Assembly: GCA_049323035.1 (NCBI GenBank)
Contig: JBMOLB010000005.1
Span: 110,402-174,401, forward strand
Origin: Patescibacteria group bacterium
GTDB taxonomy: Bacteria > Patescibacteriota > Microgenomatia > UBA1406 > GWC2-37-13
Reading direction: 5' to 3'
Length of the DNA: 64,000 nt
Shown here: positions 36,122 through 46,581 of the stretch, in pieces
How positions within the stretch are numbered: the first letter of the stretch is position 1
Layout: every line of letters begins with the position of its first letter
Made by a program: the position numbers and the translations under genes
Notes under the pieces: generated by a model
The model's database searches: none
What the model saw: only the letters and a program-made list of their open reading frames with translations
What the model was told of the DNA's origin: nothing

Positions 36122-36484
36122 ATGCCGACAGACAAAATCCTGGTGGCACTGTTTGGGTTCATGGCAACAGTTTTTGTATATTGGTTTTTCTTCATGAAAA
36201 AAACACAAGCGGCAGAAACAAACGGCGACACAGTTGAAATTCTAGTTGAGGGGGGTTATAAACCGGACAGGATATCTATTCCTTTTGCCAAAACCACAAG
36301 GCTCATCTTCGATAGGCGTGATTCTTCCAGTTGTCTTGAGGAGGTGGTTTTGGGCGACTTCAAGATTAGGAAATTCCTACCCTTGAATGAAAAGACCGAG
36401 ATTGAAATTACGCCCCAAAAAAAAGGGGAATTCGATTTTTCATGCGGAATGAATATGTTCCACGGGAAATTGATAGTTAGATAA
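36122..36484 (+). CDS. membrane-anchored cupredoxin-like domain protein
   Basis: N-terminal TM helix. C-terminal [14 protein letters not shown] motif (Cys/Met/His ligand-like). Paralogous to the C-terminus of 38685-40007. Confidence 0.65.
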   Translation: MPTDKILVALFGFMATVFVYWFFFMKKTQAAETNGDTVEILVEGGYKPDRISIPFAKTTRLIFDRRDSSSCLEEVVLGDFKIRKFLPLNEKTEIEITPQKKGEFDFSCGMNMFHGKLIVR

Positions 36485-36485
36485 T

Positions 36486-38663
36486 ATGAACAAACAAACC
36501 TTTGCGATTAAGGGAATGCATTGCGCATCCTGCGTGTATACCAATGAAAAAGCTCTTAAGGCAATCCCCGGGGTGCAGTCCGCCGTCGTAAACCTGGCGA
36601 CAGGCAAGGGAACGATCACATCTGACATCGTGGTCAGCGATCAGTCTATAAAGGACGCCATAAAAAGCGTAGGCTACGAAGCTTTAACCGAAAGTCAGGA
36701 ATCACTTGACGACAGGATCAAGAAAGAAAAGGCAGAAGAGCTAAAGAAATTGAAAACCAAGACCATCGTCAGCCTGTTGCTCGGGGCCCTTATCGTGTGG
36801 GGGAGTTTCCCGGGAATAATGAGAATCGCCCCGGCCTTTCTGAAAAATTTTTATGTTCAGATGATCCTGGCCGGGCTTGTCCAATTCTGGGCGGGAATGG
36901 ATTTCTATAAAGCTGCGGTCAATTCCCTGAAGCACCGGTTGGCAAACATGGATACTTTGGTCGCGCTTGGAACGACGGTTGCTTTTGTCTATTCGGTATT
37001 CGTAACATTTTATCCCGATTTTTTCATGAACCTCAAAATCGAAGCGATGCCTTACTTTGACGTTTCAACCGTAATAATCGGATTGATACTTCTCGGAAGG
37101 CTGTTCGAAGCCCAGGCAAAGGCCGGAACCGGCGAGGCAATAAAAAAACTCATCGGCCTTCAGGCCAAAACCGCCCGGGTCATAAGAGACGGCAAGGAAA
37201 TCGACATACCGATTTCCGACGTCATTGTTGGCGACAGGATCCGTGTTAGGCCGGGTGAAAAAATTCCTGTCGATGGGGTCATTATTGAAGGCGATTCGGC
37301 GATTGATGAATCGATGGTTACCGGGGAAAGCATCCCGGTTGATAAACACAAAGGGGATACGGTAATTGGGGCGACCATGAATAAATCAGGATCATTTGTC
37401 TATAAGGCAACCAAAGTCGGTAAGGATACCATGCTTTCGCAGATAATAAAACTGGTTGAGGAGGCCCAGGGCAGCAAGGCTCCGATTCAACGTCTGGCCG
37501 ACATCATTTCTTCGTATTTTGTGCCGATTGTCATAATGCTGGCGATTGCCACATTTACGGCTTGGTATGTTTTTGGTCCGACACCTGCGGCCACTCTGGC
37601 GATGCTTAACGCGATTGCCGTTTTGATAATTGCCTGCCCATGCGCCATGGGATTGGCAACCCCGACCGCAATAATGGTCGGAACCGGTATCGGCGCCCAG
37701 CACGGCATACTTGTAAGAGATGCAGAGAGCCTGGAAACGGCTCATAAAGTGAAAACCGTTATTTTTGACAAGACCGGAACCTTGACCCACGGAAAGCCGG
37801 AGGTAACCAACCTTATAGCCTTGAATAAGGACATCAACGCCATTGAAATGCTGAGGCTGGCGGCCTCCATAGAGAAAAATTCCGAACACCCCCTGGGGGC
37901 AGCCGTTGTTAAGAAGGCTGAAGAAGAAAACCTGAATCTCAAAAAATCCTCAAAATTCAAATCCATAACCGGCAGGGGTGTTGAAGGTACTGTAGGAAAC
38001 AAAAAAGTTTATGTAGGGAAAATATTGAGCGGCAGCAAAGGGGAGAAGGCCGGTAAACTCGAAAGCGAGGGAAAAACCGTAATTTACGTTTACCTTGACG
38101 ACAAACTATCGGGAATCATTGCCATTGCCGATACCGTCAAGGAAACGGCGGAAGCAGCTGTCTCCGAACTCAACAAGATGGGAATAGAGACCGTCATGAT
38201 AACCGGCGACAACAAAGCAACCGCAACGGCAATAGGTAGGAGGCTTGGAATAAAAAGAGTTCTCGCCGAAGTTCTTCCCCAAGATAAAGAAAAGGAAGTC
38301 AAAAAGTTCCAGTCCGAGGGTAAAGTGGTTGCCATGGTCGGGGACGGAATCAATGACGCCCCCGCATTGGCGGCGGCGGATATAGGTATTGCCATGGGCA
38401 CCGGTACCGATGTCGCCATGGAGGCAGCCGGAATCACATTGGTAAATAAGAATCTCATGTCGGTTGTCTCGGCATTTGAATTGTCAGCAAGGACGATGAA
38501 AACCATTAAGTTAAATCTGTTTTGGGCTTTCGCCTACAACGTCGTACTGATTCCGGTGGCGATGATGGGTCTAATTAGCCCGATACTAGCGTCTGGTGCG
38601 ATGGCATTTTCCAGCGTATCTGTGGTTACAAATTCATTGTTACTAAAAAGGTCTCACCTTTAA
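36486..38663 (+). CDS. copA: copper-translocating P1B-type ATPase
   Basis: HMA motif GMHCASC, TM CPC motif, DKTGTLT, and GDGINDAP. Confidence 0.95.
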   Translation: MNKQTFAIKGMHCASCVYTNEKALKAIPGVQSAVVNLATGKGTITSDIVVSDQSIKDAIKSVGYEALTESQESLDDRIKKEKAEELKKLKTKTIVSLLLGALIVWGSFPGIMRIAPAFLKNFYVQMILAGLVQFWAGMDFYKAAVNSLKHRLANMDTLVALGTTVAFVYSVFVTFYPDFFMNLKIEAMPYFDVSTVIIGLILLGRLFEAQAKAGTGEAIKKLIGLQAKTARVIRDGKEIDIPISDVIVGDRIRVRPGEKIPVDGVIIEGDSAIDESMVTGESIPVDKHKGDTVIGATMNKSGSFVYKATKVGKDTMLSQIIKLVEEAQGSKAPIQRLADIISSYFVPIVIMLAIATFTAWYVFGPTPAATLAMLNAIAVLIIACPCAMGLATPTAIMVGTGIGAQHGILVRDAESLETAHKVKTVIFDKTGTLTHGKPEVTNLIALNKDINAIEMLRLAASIEKNSEHPLGAAVVKKAEEENLNLKKSSKFKSITGRGVEGTVGNKKVYVGKILSGSKGEKAGKLESEGKTVIYVYLDDKLSGIIAIADTVKETAEAAVSELNKMGIETVMITGDNKATATAIGRRLGIKRVLAEVLPQDKEKEVKKFQSEGKVVAMVGDGINDAPALAAADIGIAMGTGTDVAMEAAGITLVNKNLMSVVSAFELSARTMKTIKLNLFWAFAYNVVLIPVAMMGLISPILASGAMAFSSVSVVTNSLLLKRSHL

Positions 38664-38674
38664 GGTGAGACCTT
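38648..38674. repeat. 27-bp perfect palindrome AAGGTCTCACCTTTAAGGTGAGACCTT spanning the copA stop codon
   Basis: Read directly. The central TAA (38661-38663) is the copA stop codon. Confidence 0.8.
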
Positions 38675-38684
38675 ATAAATAAAT

Positions 38685-40007
38685 ATGGCAAAAGTAAAAA
38701 AAACCACGCTTTATGTCGAAGGAATGCATTGTCCGTCCTGCGAAGTTCTCATCAACGATAAGTTTTCCGAAGAAAACAATGTCCGGGAAGTCAGCCCTGA
38801 TTTCAAAAACCAGAAAGTCGAAGTCCTTTATACCGGCAGCCTAGACAGGGAAGCGCTCGACAGGAAGATCAATCCTTTCGGATACAGAATCGCCGAAAAG
38901 GATGGAATCGCAAAACAGGAACCATTGTCCAAGAGGATATTCGAAGCCGTTGCCATCGGAAGCATTGTGGCGATCCTATACCTTATAGCCAAGGAAATAG
39001 GTGCCGTGCCTGATTTGAAATTGAGCGGTTCATTAAGTTTTTTCAGCATATTGTTGATCGGGCTTGTGGCTTCGACCTCGACGTGCATGGCCACATCGGG
39101 AGCCCTCTTCCTGTCGACCGTCGGAAAGGGCAGGGACAATTTTTCCCAGGCTATATTTTTCAACGCCGGCAGGATCGCCTCATACGGAATTTTCGGGCTC
39201 CTGGCAGGTGTAGTGGGACAGGCACTGATCACCAACTTGAAGTTCGGTCCGTATCTTACATTGTTGGCGGCGATATTTATGCTTCTTCTCGGATTGGATA
39301 TGGCCAAGATCCTTTCGATCGGCCGAATAATCCCTTCGGGACTGAACAAACGGATTTTTGAGGGCCTGGAACAAAAGCTGATGAGATATCCGCGGCGCGC
39401 ACCATTTTTTCTTGGCGCAATAACCTATCTTTTGCCGTGCGGATTTACCCAGGCAGTCCAGGTTTACGCTTTGGGTTTGGCGTCTCCTTTGCAAAGCGCC
39501 TTGACGATGATGATTTTTGCCCTTGGTACCGCCCCGGCTTTGATGCTCGTCGGCGGCCTGAGTTCGCTGACGAAAACCACTTTCTATAGTTATTTCATGA
39601 AGACCATGGGTGTTGTTGTATTCATCATCGGCTTCTTTTATTTTTCCAATTTTCTGGCTTTGTACGGCATCAAAGTCAACCCCCTGGACAGTCAGGGGAG
39701 CGATGTCGGGGTAAGGGCATCGGTTGAGGGCGGTGTCCAGAGCATCGATATGAGGGTGATCGGATCCGGGTATTCGCCGAGTTCCTTTACCGTAAAAAAG
39801 GGAGTCCCCGTCAGGTGGAATATCGAAGGCGTGAACACTTTCGGATGCCAGGCCTATTTTGTCGTGCCATCGCTTGGAATCCAGAAAACGATCGAGCCGG
39901 GAAATACCGCCAACAATAGAGTGGAATTCACTCCGGACAAAACCGGAACGATAAACTTTTCCTGCGGAATGGGGATGTATACCGGAAAGATCGTGGTTGT
40001 CGATTAA
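38685..40007 (+). CDS. fusion protein: HMA domain, TauE/SafE-like (DsbD-like) polytopic membrane domain, C-terminal cupredoxin-like domain
   Basis: N-terminal GMHCPSCE. About 6 TM helices. C-terminal FSCGMGMYTGKIVV. Confidence 0.7.
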   Translation: MAKVKKTTLYVEGMHCPSCEVLINDKFSEENNVREVSPDFKNQKVEVLYTGSLDREALDRKINPFGYRIAEKDGIAKQEPLSKRIFEAVAIGSIVAILYLIAKEIGAVPDLKLSGSLSFFSILLIGLVASTSTCMATSGALFLSTVGKGRDNFSQAIFFNAGRIASYGIFGLLAGVVGQALITNLKFGPYLTLLAAIFMLLLGLDMAKILSIGRIIPSGLNKRIFEGLEQKLMRYPRRAPFFLGAITYLLPCGFTQAVQVYALGLASPLQSALTMMIFALGTAPALMLVGGLSSLTKTTFYSYFMKTMGVVVFIIGFFYFSNFLALYGIKVNPLDSQGSDVGVRASVEGGVQSIDMRVIGSGYSPSSFTVKKGVPVRWNIEGVNTFGCQAYFVVPSLGIQKTIEPGNTANNRVEFTPDKTGTINFSCGMGMYTGKIVVVD

Positions 40008-42790
40008 ACGGCCAAAGGCAAAGCGGCGACGTTTTCCACGGGACGATACTGAATGTTTATGGCCTCAAAGAATCCATAAAGCATCTTCTTTTCATGATCA
40101 AGTTTCTGTTGCGCAATTGTATCCGCGGCGTCCTTACGCAAAACCAAATTGAGTTGCCGTTGGAGTCCCAAGCCATCCTTGATGCCGACAAGCTCAAGAT
40201 TGTCAAGGCCGCAATACGAATCTTTCCTCAGCTTTTCGTATGACTGTTCAAGTTCGGCCACGTATCTTTTTAAAGTTATCTGCCCGATTGTCAGTTTTTC
40301 CCAATTTCTGACAAGTTTCGTCATAAGGTCAGTCGTTTTTTTTATCCTTTTTTCCCTGTTTGAGCCGTGTATCAGGTCATTTGCAATGAAGTCCCTGAAA
40401 GCAGCTTGGGCCTGGGATGGGGTTTTCCTGACGGCATAGAAAATTTGGTCCTTTCCCTTTGGGGTGGTTTTTTCTACGGTTGTTTGGTTGTAACCGATGG
40501 TACCGACGCTCTTTTTTGGCTTTGACAAATCGATTTCCAAATCGTAGGTGTCGCCTGAGGCTGTGTAAAAAGCCGTGTTATCAAATTCATTTCTCAAGTC
40601 AAGGTCCGGAAGGGGGGAGAACATCCCCGAAGACCTTTTGAGTAACCTGGTGCCCTTATGGATGAGCTCCGATGTTTTGGAAATTACTTCCTCAAAACGG
40701 CCGGTTGGGGCTGCCAATACGGCCGCGGTGGAAAGCCCCTTCTTGGCATAATTTTCGGCTTCGTTGTATTTTTTTATCCAATCCACTACCTGTTCCACCT
40801 GACTTGGAGTAAATTCCATATCCGTGTTCCTTTTGTATTCTTCGTACACTTTCCGTATCGGGTGGAGCGACAGAATCACCGGCTGGACGTTGTCGTAAGG
40901 ACCTGAAGTTTGGGGATTGGCTTTTGCGGCAACCAAAACATGCATATCGTTTACCCCATTGGCCAAAGCGATGGTAGCCGCCCTCATGACATTGGGGGAC
41001 AGGGATAAATCAGGTTTCTGCAGCTTCATTTTTGCGTAGGAATCCCGGTATTCGGCCGAGGCGTTTCCCTCAAAAAGCGGCAATGACGGGAAAATTTCCT
41101 TTTCCGGCGCGATAGGCGGTATGTCGTCTACAAAACCGAGTTGCGGGATTGTCGCTTCACCCGGCGCATTGTGCTTGGTCACAAGGCCATTGTAAATGTG
41201 CCTGAAGAATGGCCGGGCGCTTTTACCGTCGGAATACCTGTGGGATAATTTTACCGAAAATTCGAACCTGTTCGGGCTGTTGAGATCGACGTCTATTAAT
41301 GCCTTGTGGGAGTTGACCGCGAAAAGAGAGAAGGGCGAATTTTTGTTGCCGGTCATGTGCCTGGATTGGGTGGTCAGTCTGACGATGTAATCACCGTCAA
41401 CCTGATGGGTCCAGGGCAGCTCGTGGGATTTGCCAAGCAATCTCACTTTGGGATGTTCTTCCTGTTTGTAGAATTCCCGGTATTCCTTGGATTTTTTGGT
41501 TGGCTTGTACGACTGGCTCTTGATTTCGTATTTTTGCAACGCGTTCATGGGCTGACGGTCGACATCGGCGTTTTTTAAGGCCTGGACAATGTCGTTGTTA
41601 GTTGCGCCGGGTTTTAGCGCCACTTTCAAAAAAGTGTTATCGTTGATGATGATCATCAATCTGACCGGTTGGTCCGACTTCGAGAAGTATGAATGGTGCG
41701 CCTCCAACGTGCTTTTGATGGTTTCAATCAGGGCGATCTTTGGTTGCAGGGTATATCGGGGCAAGTCTTTACTTGAAGTTTCGAACCAATATCCGGCTGA
41801 TTCGGACCTCAATCTTTTGTCGTAAATCCTGTTCAGGTATTTCCTAACCATCTCCGGACTGAGCCCGAGCTTTTCCAATCCATGGATTTCACGCCCCAGC
41901 CTGATTGGCCAAAAAAGTTCCGCCAATTTGCGCGAGGGGGTAAACATTTTTGTAAACTCCAGCGTATCTCTCGTTCGGGCGATCTGTCTCAAAGTGGATT
42001 CGGCAAGCGAGGTGAGCCTGCTCAATTCCTCCTCCGGGTAGCAATAGCGGAGATAGGCGAGCGCCGATTCAAAGGCTTCGTAATACTCCTTTGACTTTTC
42101 CTCCTTTGTGGCGGCTACTTCCGATGCCCCTGCGGTCTTCAGGTACCTTGTTTTTGCCTTGAGGTCTTTTCTTATTCTATCAAGCAAAAACCTGTCTTCC
42201 TTGGAATAGCTCAAATCATTTTCGGCTTCGTGCTGTATGGCGTTGAGGTCGTCGACTACCGCCGCCTCCTCGATCTTTTTATGGAAGGTCGGATATTTTT
42301 CGTAGAAATTGTCGACGGTTTGGAAGCCGTGCCTGTTGACCTCATCGATAATGATGTCGAGTTGTTTTTGCCTGTCGTACGCGTTAAATTTCTGGTCGTC
42401 TGAAATTGAGATTCCGGAATCCTTTTGTTCCCAAAAAGTTATAAACCGGCCGCCGATGACGTTTCCGACGATTTCCCTTATCTTAGCCTCATTCATTCCC
42501 TCGTATTTGGCGTACGATACCACGGTAGTCAGATCCGAACTGAGGATGCGGTCGACATTGACCACCTCAAAATTACGGGCCGGTATTTTAGGAAGAACCT
42601 TGTAGGTAGCCTCGGCGATAGGTTTTATGCGATCTATCAAAACATGATGTCTTCTTGGAAAGAAGAATTCGTTGGCAACCCGAAGCCTGTCGTATGACTT
42701 GTAATAGAGTTCCGCTTGACTGGAAGTCATCGGAGCGGCTGAGGTTTTTGCTTTTTCAGCAAACTTTTCCGGACTATTTAAGATCCCCAT
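40004..42790 (-). CDS. 928-aa soluble hypothetical protein
   Basis: Long uninterrupted ORF with no TM helix or signal peptide. The only family-like pattern seen is SVKLSHRYSDGKSARPFFRHI, which resembles the xDHRxxDG catalytic motif of CAT/E2-type acyltransferases. Confidence 0.6.
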   Translation of the reverse strand: MGILNSPEKFAEKAKTSAAPMTSSQAELYYKSYDRLRVANEFFFPRRHHVLIDRIKPIAEATYKVLPKIPARNFEVVNVDRILSSDLTTVVSYAKYEGMNEAKIREIVGNVIGGRFITFWEQKDSGISISDDQKFNAYDRQKQLDIIIDEVNRHGFQTVDNFYEKYPTFHKKIEEAAVVDDLNAIQHEAENDLSYSKEDRFLLDRIRKDLKAKTRYLKTAGASEVAATKEEKSKEYYEAFESALAYLRYCYPEEELSRLTSLAESTLRQIARTRDTLEFTKMFTPSRKLAELFWPIRLGREIHGLEKLGLSPEMVRKYLNRIYDKRLRSESAGYWFETSSKDLPRYTLQPKIALIETIKSTLEAHHSYFSKSDQPVRLMIIINDNTFLKVALKPGATNNDIVQALKNADVDRQPMNALQKYEIKSQSYKPTKKSKEYREFYKQEEHPKVRLLGKSHELPWTHQVDGDYIVRLTTQSRHMTGNKNSPFSLFAVNSHKALIDVDLNSPNRFEFSVKLSHRYSDGKSARPFFRHIYNGLVTKHNAPGEATIPQLGFVDDIPPIAPEKEIFPSLPLFEGNASAEYRDSYAKMKLQKPDLSLSPNVMRAATIALANGVNDMHVLVAAKANPQTSGPYDNVQPVILSLHPIRKVYEEYKRNTDMEFTPSQVEQVVDWIKKYNEAENYAKKGLSTAAVLAAPTGRFEEVISKTSELIHKGTRLLKRSSGMFSPLPDLDLRNEFDNTAFYTASGDTYDLEIDLSKPKKSVGTIGYNQTTVEKTTPKGKDQIFYAVRKTPSQAQAAFRDFIANDLIHGSNREKRIKKTTDLMTKLVRNWEKLTIGQITLKRYVAELEQSYEKLRKDSYCGLDNLELVGIKDGLGLQRQLNLVLRKDAADTIAQQKLDHEKKMLYGFFEAINIQYRPVENVAALPLAV

Positions 42791-43340
42791 ATCGTCGATC
42801 TAGATTAATTAATATTGCCGATATCAGCGTTCCGACAACGGCCCCGCCTACGACATCCAAAAGGAAATGGCATCCCAGATATATCCTGGAATAGCTTATG
42901 AGGATGGCAATTAGATAATATAACAGGCGGCGTTTCCTGTCAAAATAGGTCAGGACGGATGCGGCTGCGAAAGCCGTTGCTGCGTGAGCCGAGGGGAAGG
43001 AAAAGTCCGCCGGACAGGTACGGGAAACGTTGCTCAGATTAAATTCCACGTAAGGGCGCGGTCGGTGGAAAACGTTTTTGAGCAGAAACATGGTGAAAAT
43101 GGAAGTCAGCAAAAAACCGGCGAAAAAATAAAAAGTGAACCTTTTATCCCTCGAACTTATCCCCGGATGCCGCCTCTCCTCAAGGTAAACCGTCAAACCG
43201 GCAATCATAAGCCAGATCAGGATGGAATTTCCCCTCAGTGAAAAAAAGGAAAACAACGTATTGAAAAACTGGTTTGCCGGAAAAATGTTCTTCAAAAGGA
43301 GCGTGAATATATTATCCCATTCCAAAAGGAGTTCAAACAT
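42774..43340 (-). CDS. PAP2-family phosphatase (undecaprenyl-diphosphatase-like)
   Basis: PAP2 motifs RPRP, PSAHA and SRIYLGCHFLLDVVGG, in a polytopic membrane protein. Confidence 0.8.
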   Translation of the reverse strand: MFELLLEWDNIFTLLLKNIFPANQFFNTLFSFFSLRGNSILIWLMIAGLTVYLEERRHPGISSRDKRFTFYFFAGFLLTSIFTMFLLKNVFHRPRPYVEFNLSNVSRTCPADFSFPSAHAATAFAAASVLTYFDRKRRLLYYLIAILISYSRIYLGCHFLLDVVGGAVVGTLISAILINLDRRYGDLK

Positions 43341-43341
43341 A

Positions 43342-43884
43342 TCATCTATTATAAACGAAAACCGGATGAACGCCCCTGGTTTCCCTTTCTTTGGCCATGG
43401 ATTTGACCGGGTACATGTACGAAACCACCGAGAACCGCCCGAATTGCCTCTTTATATTATCCAGGGTTTTTTCCATATGCCAGGGCGATATGTATAGGTA
43501 AAAAATTTTCGAATTTCGATCGTCAGCCAACCCCCCGAAATCCATTTTGAAAATATCGCCCATGACAATTTTTATCCTGCGCCTGTTCGGGTGCACGAGT
43601 CGCCTGAGCTGAAGGACGGCAATCAAAACAGGATTGATCTCGACGGCAACAAAATTGGTGTCCAACCCCCTTTTATGAGCGTCGTAAGCCGCATCGAAAA
43701 CGACGATTCCGTCTCCCGCCCCCAGGTCAATTATCGTTTGGCGGTTGGCCAGCCCAAACGACTTGATTATCAGACCCATGTCTTTTTTGTTGGATGGGAA
43801 ATAGGGGATCGGGGAGAGTTTGGGCGAGGAGAAAAGAAATATAATAAACATCAACGCCGCAATAAATAGCCCGTAAAATACCAT
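43342..43884 (-). CDS. membrane-anchored class I SAM-dependent methyltransferase
   Basis: N-terminal TM helix, then SAM motif I IIDLGAGDGIVV. Confidence 0.65.
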   Translation of the reverse strand: MVFYGLFIAALMFIIFLFSSPKLSPIPYFPSNKKDMGLIIKSFGLANRQTIIDLGAGDGIVVFDAAYDAHKRGLDTNFVAVEINPVLIAVLQLRRLVHPNRRRIKIVMGDIFKMDFGGLADDRNSKIFYLYISPWHMEKTLDNIKRQFGRFSVVSYMYPVKSMAKERETRGVHPVFVYNR

Positions 43885-43925
43885 TGACTAATTGTATCAA
43901 GTCTGTTTAAATATTAACCGTTCAC

Positions 43926-45305
43926 ATGAAGCATGCTCCCCCGTATGGTTTCAATATCGGAGAAGCAATTACCCCTTTAGATGGGAGAAACCGGTATAAA
44001 CTTTTAGGCCTATCCGAAAAATTTTCCGACTTTGTCCTAAACAGGAATCGCGTCCGCATCGAACTCCTGTATCTGCAAAAACTTTCCGCCTATGGAGCCG
44101 TAAGGCGACTGAACGCCAATGAGAAAAAGCAGATAGGCAAGTTGATCGAATCCTTCGATTTCAAGGAGTACATCGGCATCAGGAAAATTGAGAAGACCAT
44201 AAACCATGAAGCCAAGGCGGTCGAGGAATATCTGAAGGCCAAGCTTAAGGATACCAGTCTGAAGGATGTTTGCGAGATGGTCCACTTTGGCCTCACGTCA
44301 GACGACGTAAACAACCTGGCCTACGCAATCATGCTTAATTCATGTCTAAAAGACGTCATTTTTCCCGAGTTGGATAAAATTCTCGCTTCGATAAAAAGGA
44401 ATGCTGAAGCGTATAAAAATACCGCAATGCTTTCCAGAACACATGGTCAACCGGCCGCCCCGACGACTCTCGGCAAGGAGTTTTCCGTGTATTACAAAAG
44501 ACTTCATGATGAAATAGTTATTCTTAAGAAGAGCCGGATCAGGGGGAAACTGACGGGCAATACCGGCAACCTTAATCCGCACAAACTGATTTTCCCCGGA
44601 ATCAACTGGCCAAAATTCAGTACGGAATTTGTTTCCGAATTAAGCCTCGAACCCGATATTGCGACGACCCAGATAGAACCTTATGACAGCATTATCAGGC
44701 TTTTCCAGGGCATCTTCAGGATAAACAATATCCTCATAGGCCTTTCGGTTGATTTTTGGCTATATATAACCCTTGGGTACTTCAGGCAAAAACTCATCAA
44801 AAAGGAAGTGGGTTCGACGGCTTTACCTCACAAGATAAACCCGATCTATTTTGAGGGAGCCGAGGGCGGTTTCGGCGTTGCCAATGCGTTGATCGAATTC
44901 TATTCGAGAAAACTTTCATATTCCAGGTTGCAAAGAGATCTTTCCGATTCTACCGTCAGGCGCTCTTTCGGGATTGCCCTTGGCTATTCGCTCTTGTCCT
45001 ACCAAAGCATCGGAGAGGCGATTGTAAGGATAGAAGCCAACGGGGAAGCCATAAGGAAGGACTTGGACAGCCATTATGAAGTTTTGTCGGAAGCTTTCCA
45101 AAATTATCTCAGGGTCAAAGGGTACGAGAATGCCTATGACCGGACTAAGGATTTCTTCCGCGGCAGGACTCTCACCAGGGAAGAGATCGACAAATTTATT
45201 GACGGACTTGAAATAAGCGCATCGGACAAAAACGTCTTGAAAGGAATATCACCGGAAAACTATACGGGATATGCCGGAGAATTAACAGTTAAAGCCATAA
45301 AATGA
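43926..45305 (+). CDS. purB: adenylosuccinate lyase
   Basis: SRTHGQPAAPTTLGKE and the lyase signature GSTALPHKINP. Confidence 0.9.
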   Translation: MKHAPPYGFNIGEAITPLDGRNRYKLLGLSEKFSDFVLNRNRVRIELLYLQKLSAYGAVRRLNANEKKQIGKLIESFDFKEYIGIRKIEKTINHEAKAVEEYLKAKLKDTSLKDVCEMVHFGLTSDDVNNLAYAIMLNSCLKDVIFPELDKILASIKRNAEAYKNTAMLSRTHGQPAAPTTLGKEFSVYYKRLHDEIVILKKSRIRGKLTGNTGNLNPHKLIFPGINWPKFSTEFVSELSLEPDIATTQIEPYDSIIRLFQGIFRINNILIGLSVDFWLYITLGYFRQKLIKKEVGSTALPHKINPIYFEGAEGGFGVANALIEFYSRKLSYSRLQRDLSDSTVRRSFGIALGYSLLSYQSIGEAIVRIEANGEAIRKDLDSHYEVLSEAFQNYLRVKGYENAYDRTKDFFRGRTLTREEIDKFIDGLEISASDKNVLKGISPENYTGYAGELTVKAIK

Positions 45306-46570
45306 AAATAAAATATCCCTTGGTTGTAGTCGGAGCCCAATGGGGGGATGAGGGCAAGGGTAAGATCGTCGATCTCCTGTCGAGGGAGGCCGACCACGTT
45401 GTCAGGTACAACGGAGGCAATAACGCCGGCCATTCCGTGGTCCTCAAGGGCGAGAAATTCAAGCTTTCGCTTTTGCCTTCGGGCGTCCTCCATAAAAAAA
45501 AGTTATACCTCTCGCAAGGGGTGGTCATCGACCCTAAAGTCCTCATTGACGAAATTGGTTTTTTCGAAAAACGCGGCATAAAAATAAATCTGGAGATCGA
45601 TCCGCGCGTTAACATCGTCATGCCTTATCACAAGGCCCTGGACGCCGCAACCGAAAAATGGAAGGGTAAAAAGGCGACCGGAAGCCTTCATTTGGGGATA
45701 GGATATTGTTACGAAGACAAAAACAACCGGTTTGGGATAAGGTTCGAGGACCTGATAAATCCGGCGTCCCTGAAAACAAGAATCGACATGATATACCCGC
45801 TGAAAAAACTCCAGATAGAAAAAGTTTACGGACAGCCATTCGACCTACGGAGCGAAGAGATTTATAGACAGTACGTTTCTTACGGCCGGAGGCTGAAAAA
45901 ATATTTGGGCGACGTGTCGGCAAATATTACGGACAGGATAAACAAGAAGGTTCTTTTTGAAGGCGCTCACGGCACTTTTCTTGACGGCATTTTCGGTACA
46001 TACCCCTTTACGACCGCCGTCTACACGATTTCGGGCGGAGTATTCCCGTACGTCGGCATACCTCCACAGAAGATCTACTCGATGGGAATAGTCAAAGCCT
46101 ACACGACGCGTGTAGGAAACGGGCCTTTCCCGACGGAACTTTTCGATGAAGTTGGGGAAAAAATCAGGACGGTCGGCGCAGAATTCGGAACCGTTTCGAA
46201 AAGGCCAAGGCGTTGCGGGTGGATCGATCTGCCGATGTTGAAAACCGCCATAAAGCTTTCGGGTTTTGACTATCTGGCAATAACCAAACTGGATGTTCTT
46301 TCGGGAGTTGAGAAAATCAAAGTTTGCGTCGGATACAGGATCGGAAACAAAAAAATTGACACCATACCGGCTCTTATGTCGGAGTTCGACAAATGTAAGC
46401 CTGTTTACCGCGAATTCAAGGGTTGGAAACAGGATATTTCGAAAGTCAGGAAAATGAGCGATCTGCCTAAAGAGGCCAGGAACTATCTGGATTTCATCCA
46501 AAAAAAACTGAAAACTCCGATTAAAATAATTTCGGTGGGAGCCGAAAGGAGTTCCAATATTATTAATTGA
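45302..46570 (+). CDS. purA: adenylosuccinate synthetase
   Basis: GAQWGDEGKGKIVD P-loop, GGNNAGH, and TTRVGNGPFPTE. Confidence 0.95.
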   Translation: MKIKYPLVVVGAQWGDEGKGKIVDLLSREADHVVRYNGGNNAGHSVVLKGEKFKLSLLPSGVLHKKKLYLSQGVVIDPKVLIDEIGFFEKRGIKINLEIDPRVNIVMPYHKALDAATEKWKGKKATGSLHLGIGYCYEDKNNRFGIRFEDLINPASLKTRIDMIYPLKKLQIEKVYGQPFDLRSEEIYRQYVSYGRRLKKYLGDVSANITDRINKKVLFEGAHGTFLDGIFGTYPFTTAVYTISGGVFPYVGIPPQKIYSMGIVKAYTTRVGNGPFPTELFDEVGEKIRTVGAEFGTVSKRPRRCGWIDLPMLKTAIKLSGFDYLAITKLDVLSGVEKIKVCVGYRIGNKKIDTIPALMSEFDKCKPVYREFKGWKQDISKVRKMSDLPKEARNYLDFIQKKLKTPIKIISVGAERSSNIIN

Positions 46571-46581
46571 CATATATTAGC

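Noticed and set aside
45845-46573. 242-aa minus-strand ORF antisense to purA, and similar antisense ORFs within copA, carB, guaB and the 928-aa gene
   Set aside because: The sense strands encode unmistakable conserved enzymes, and the antisense products have no motifs.
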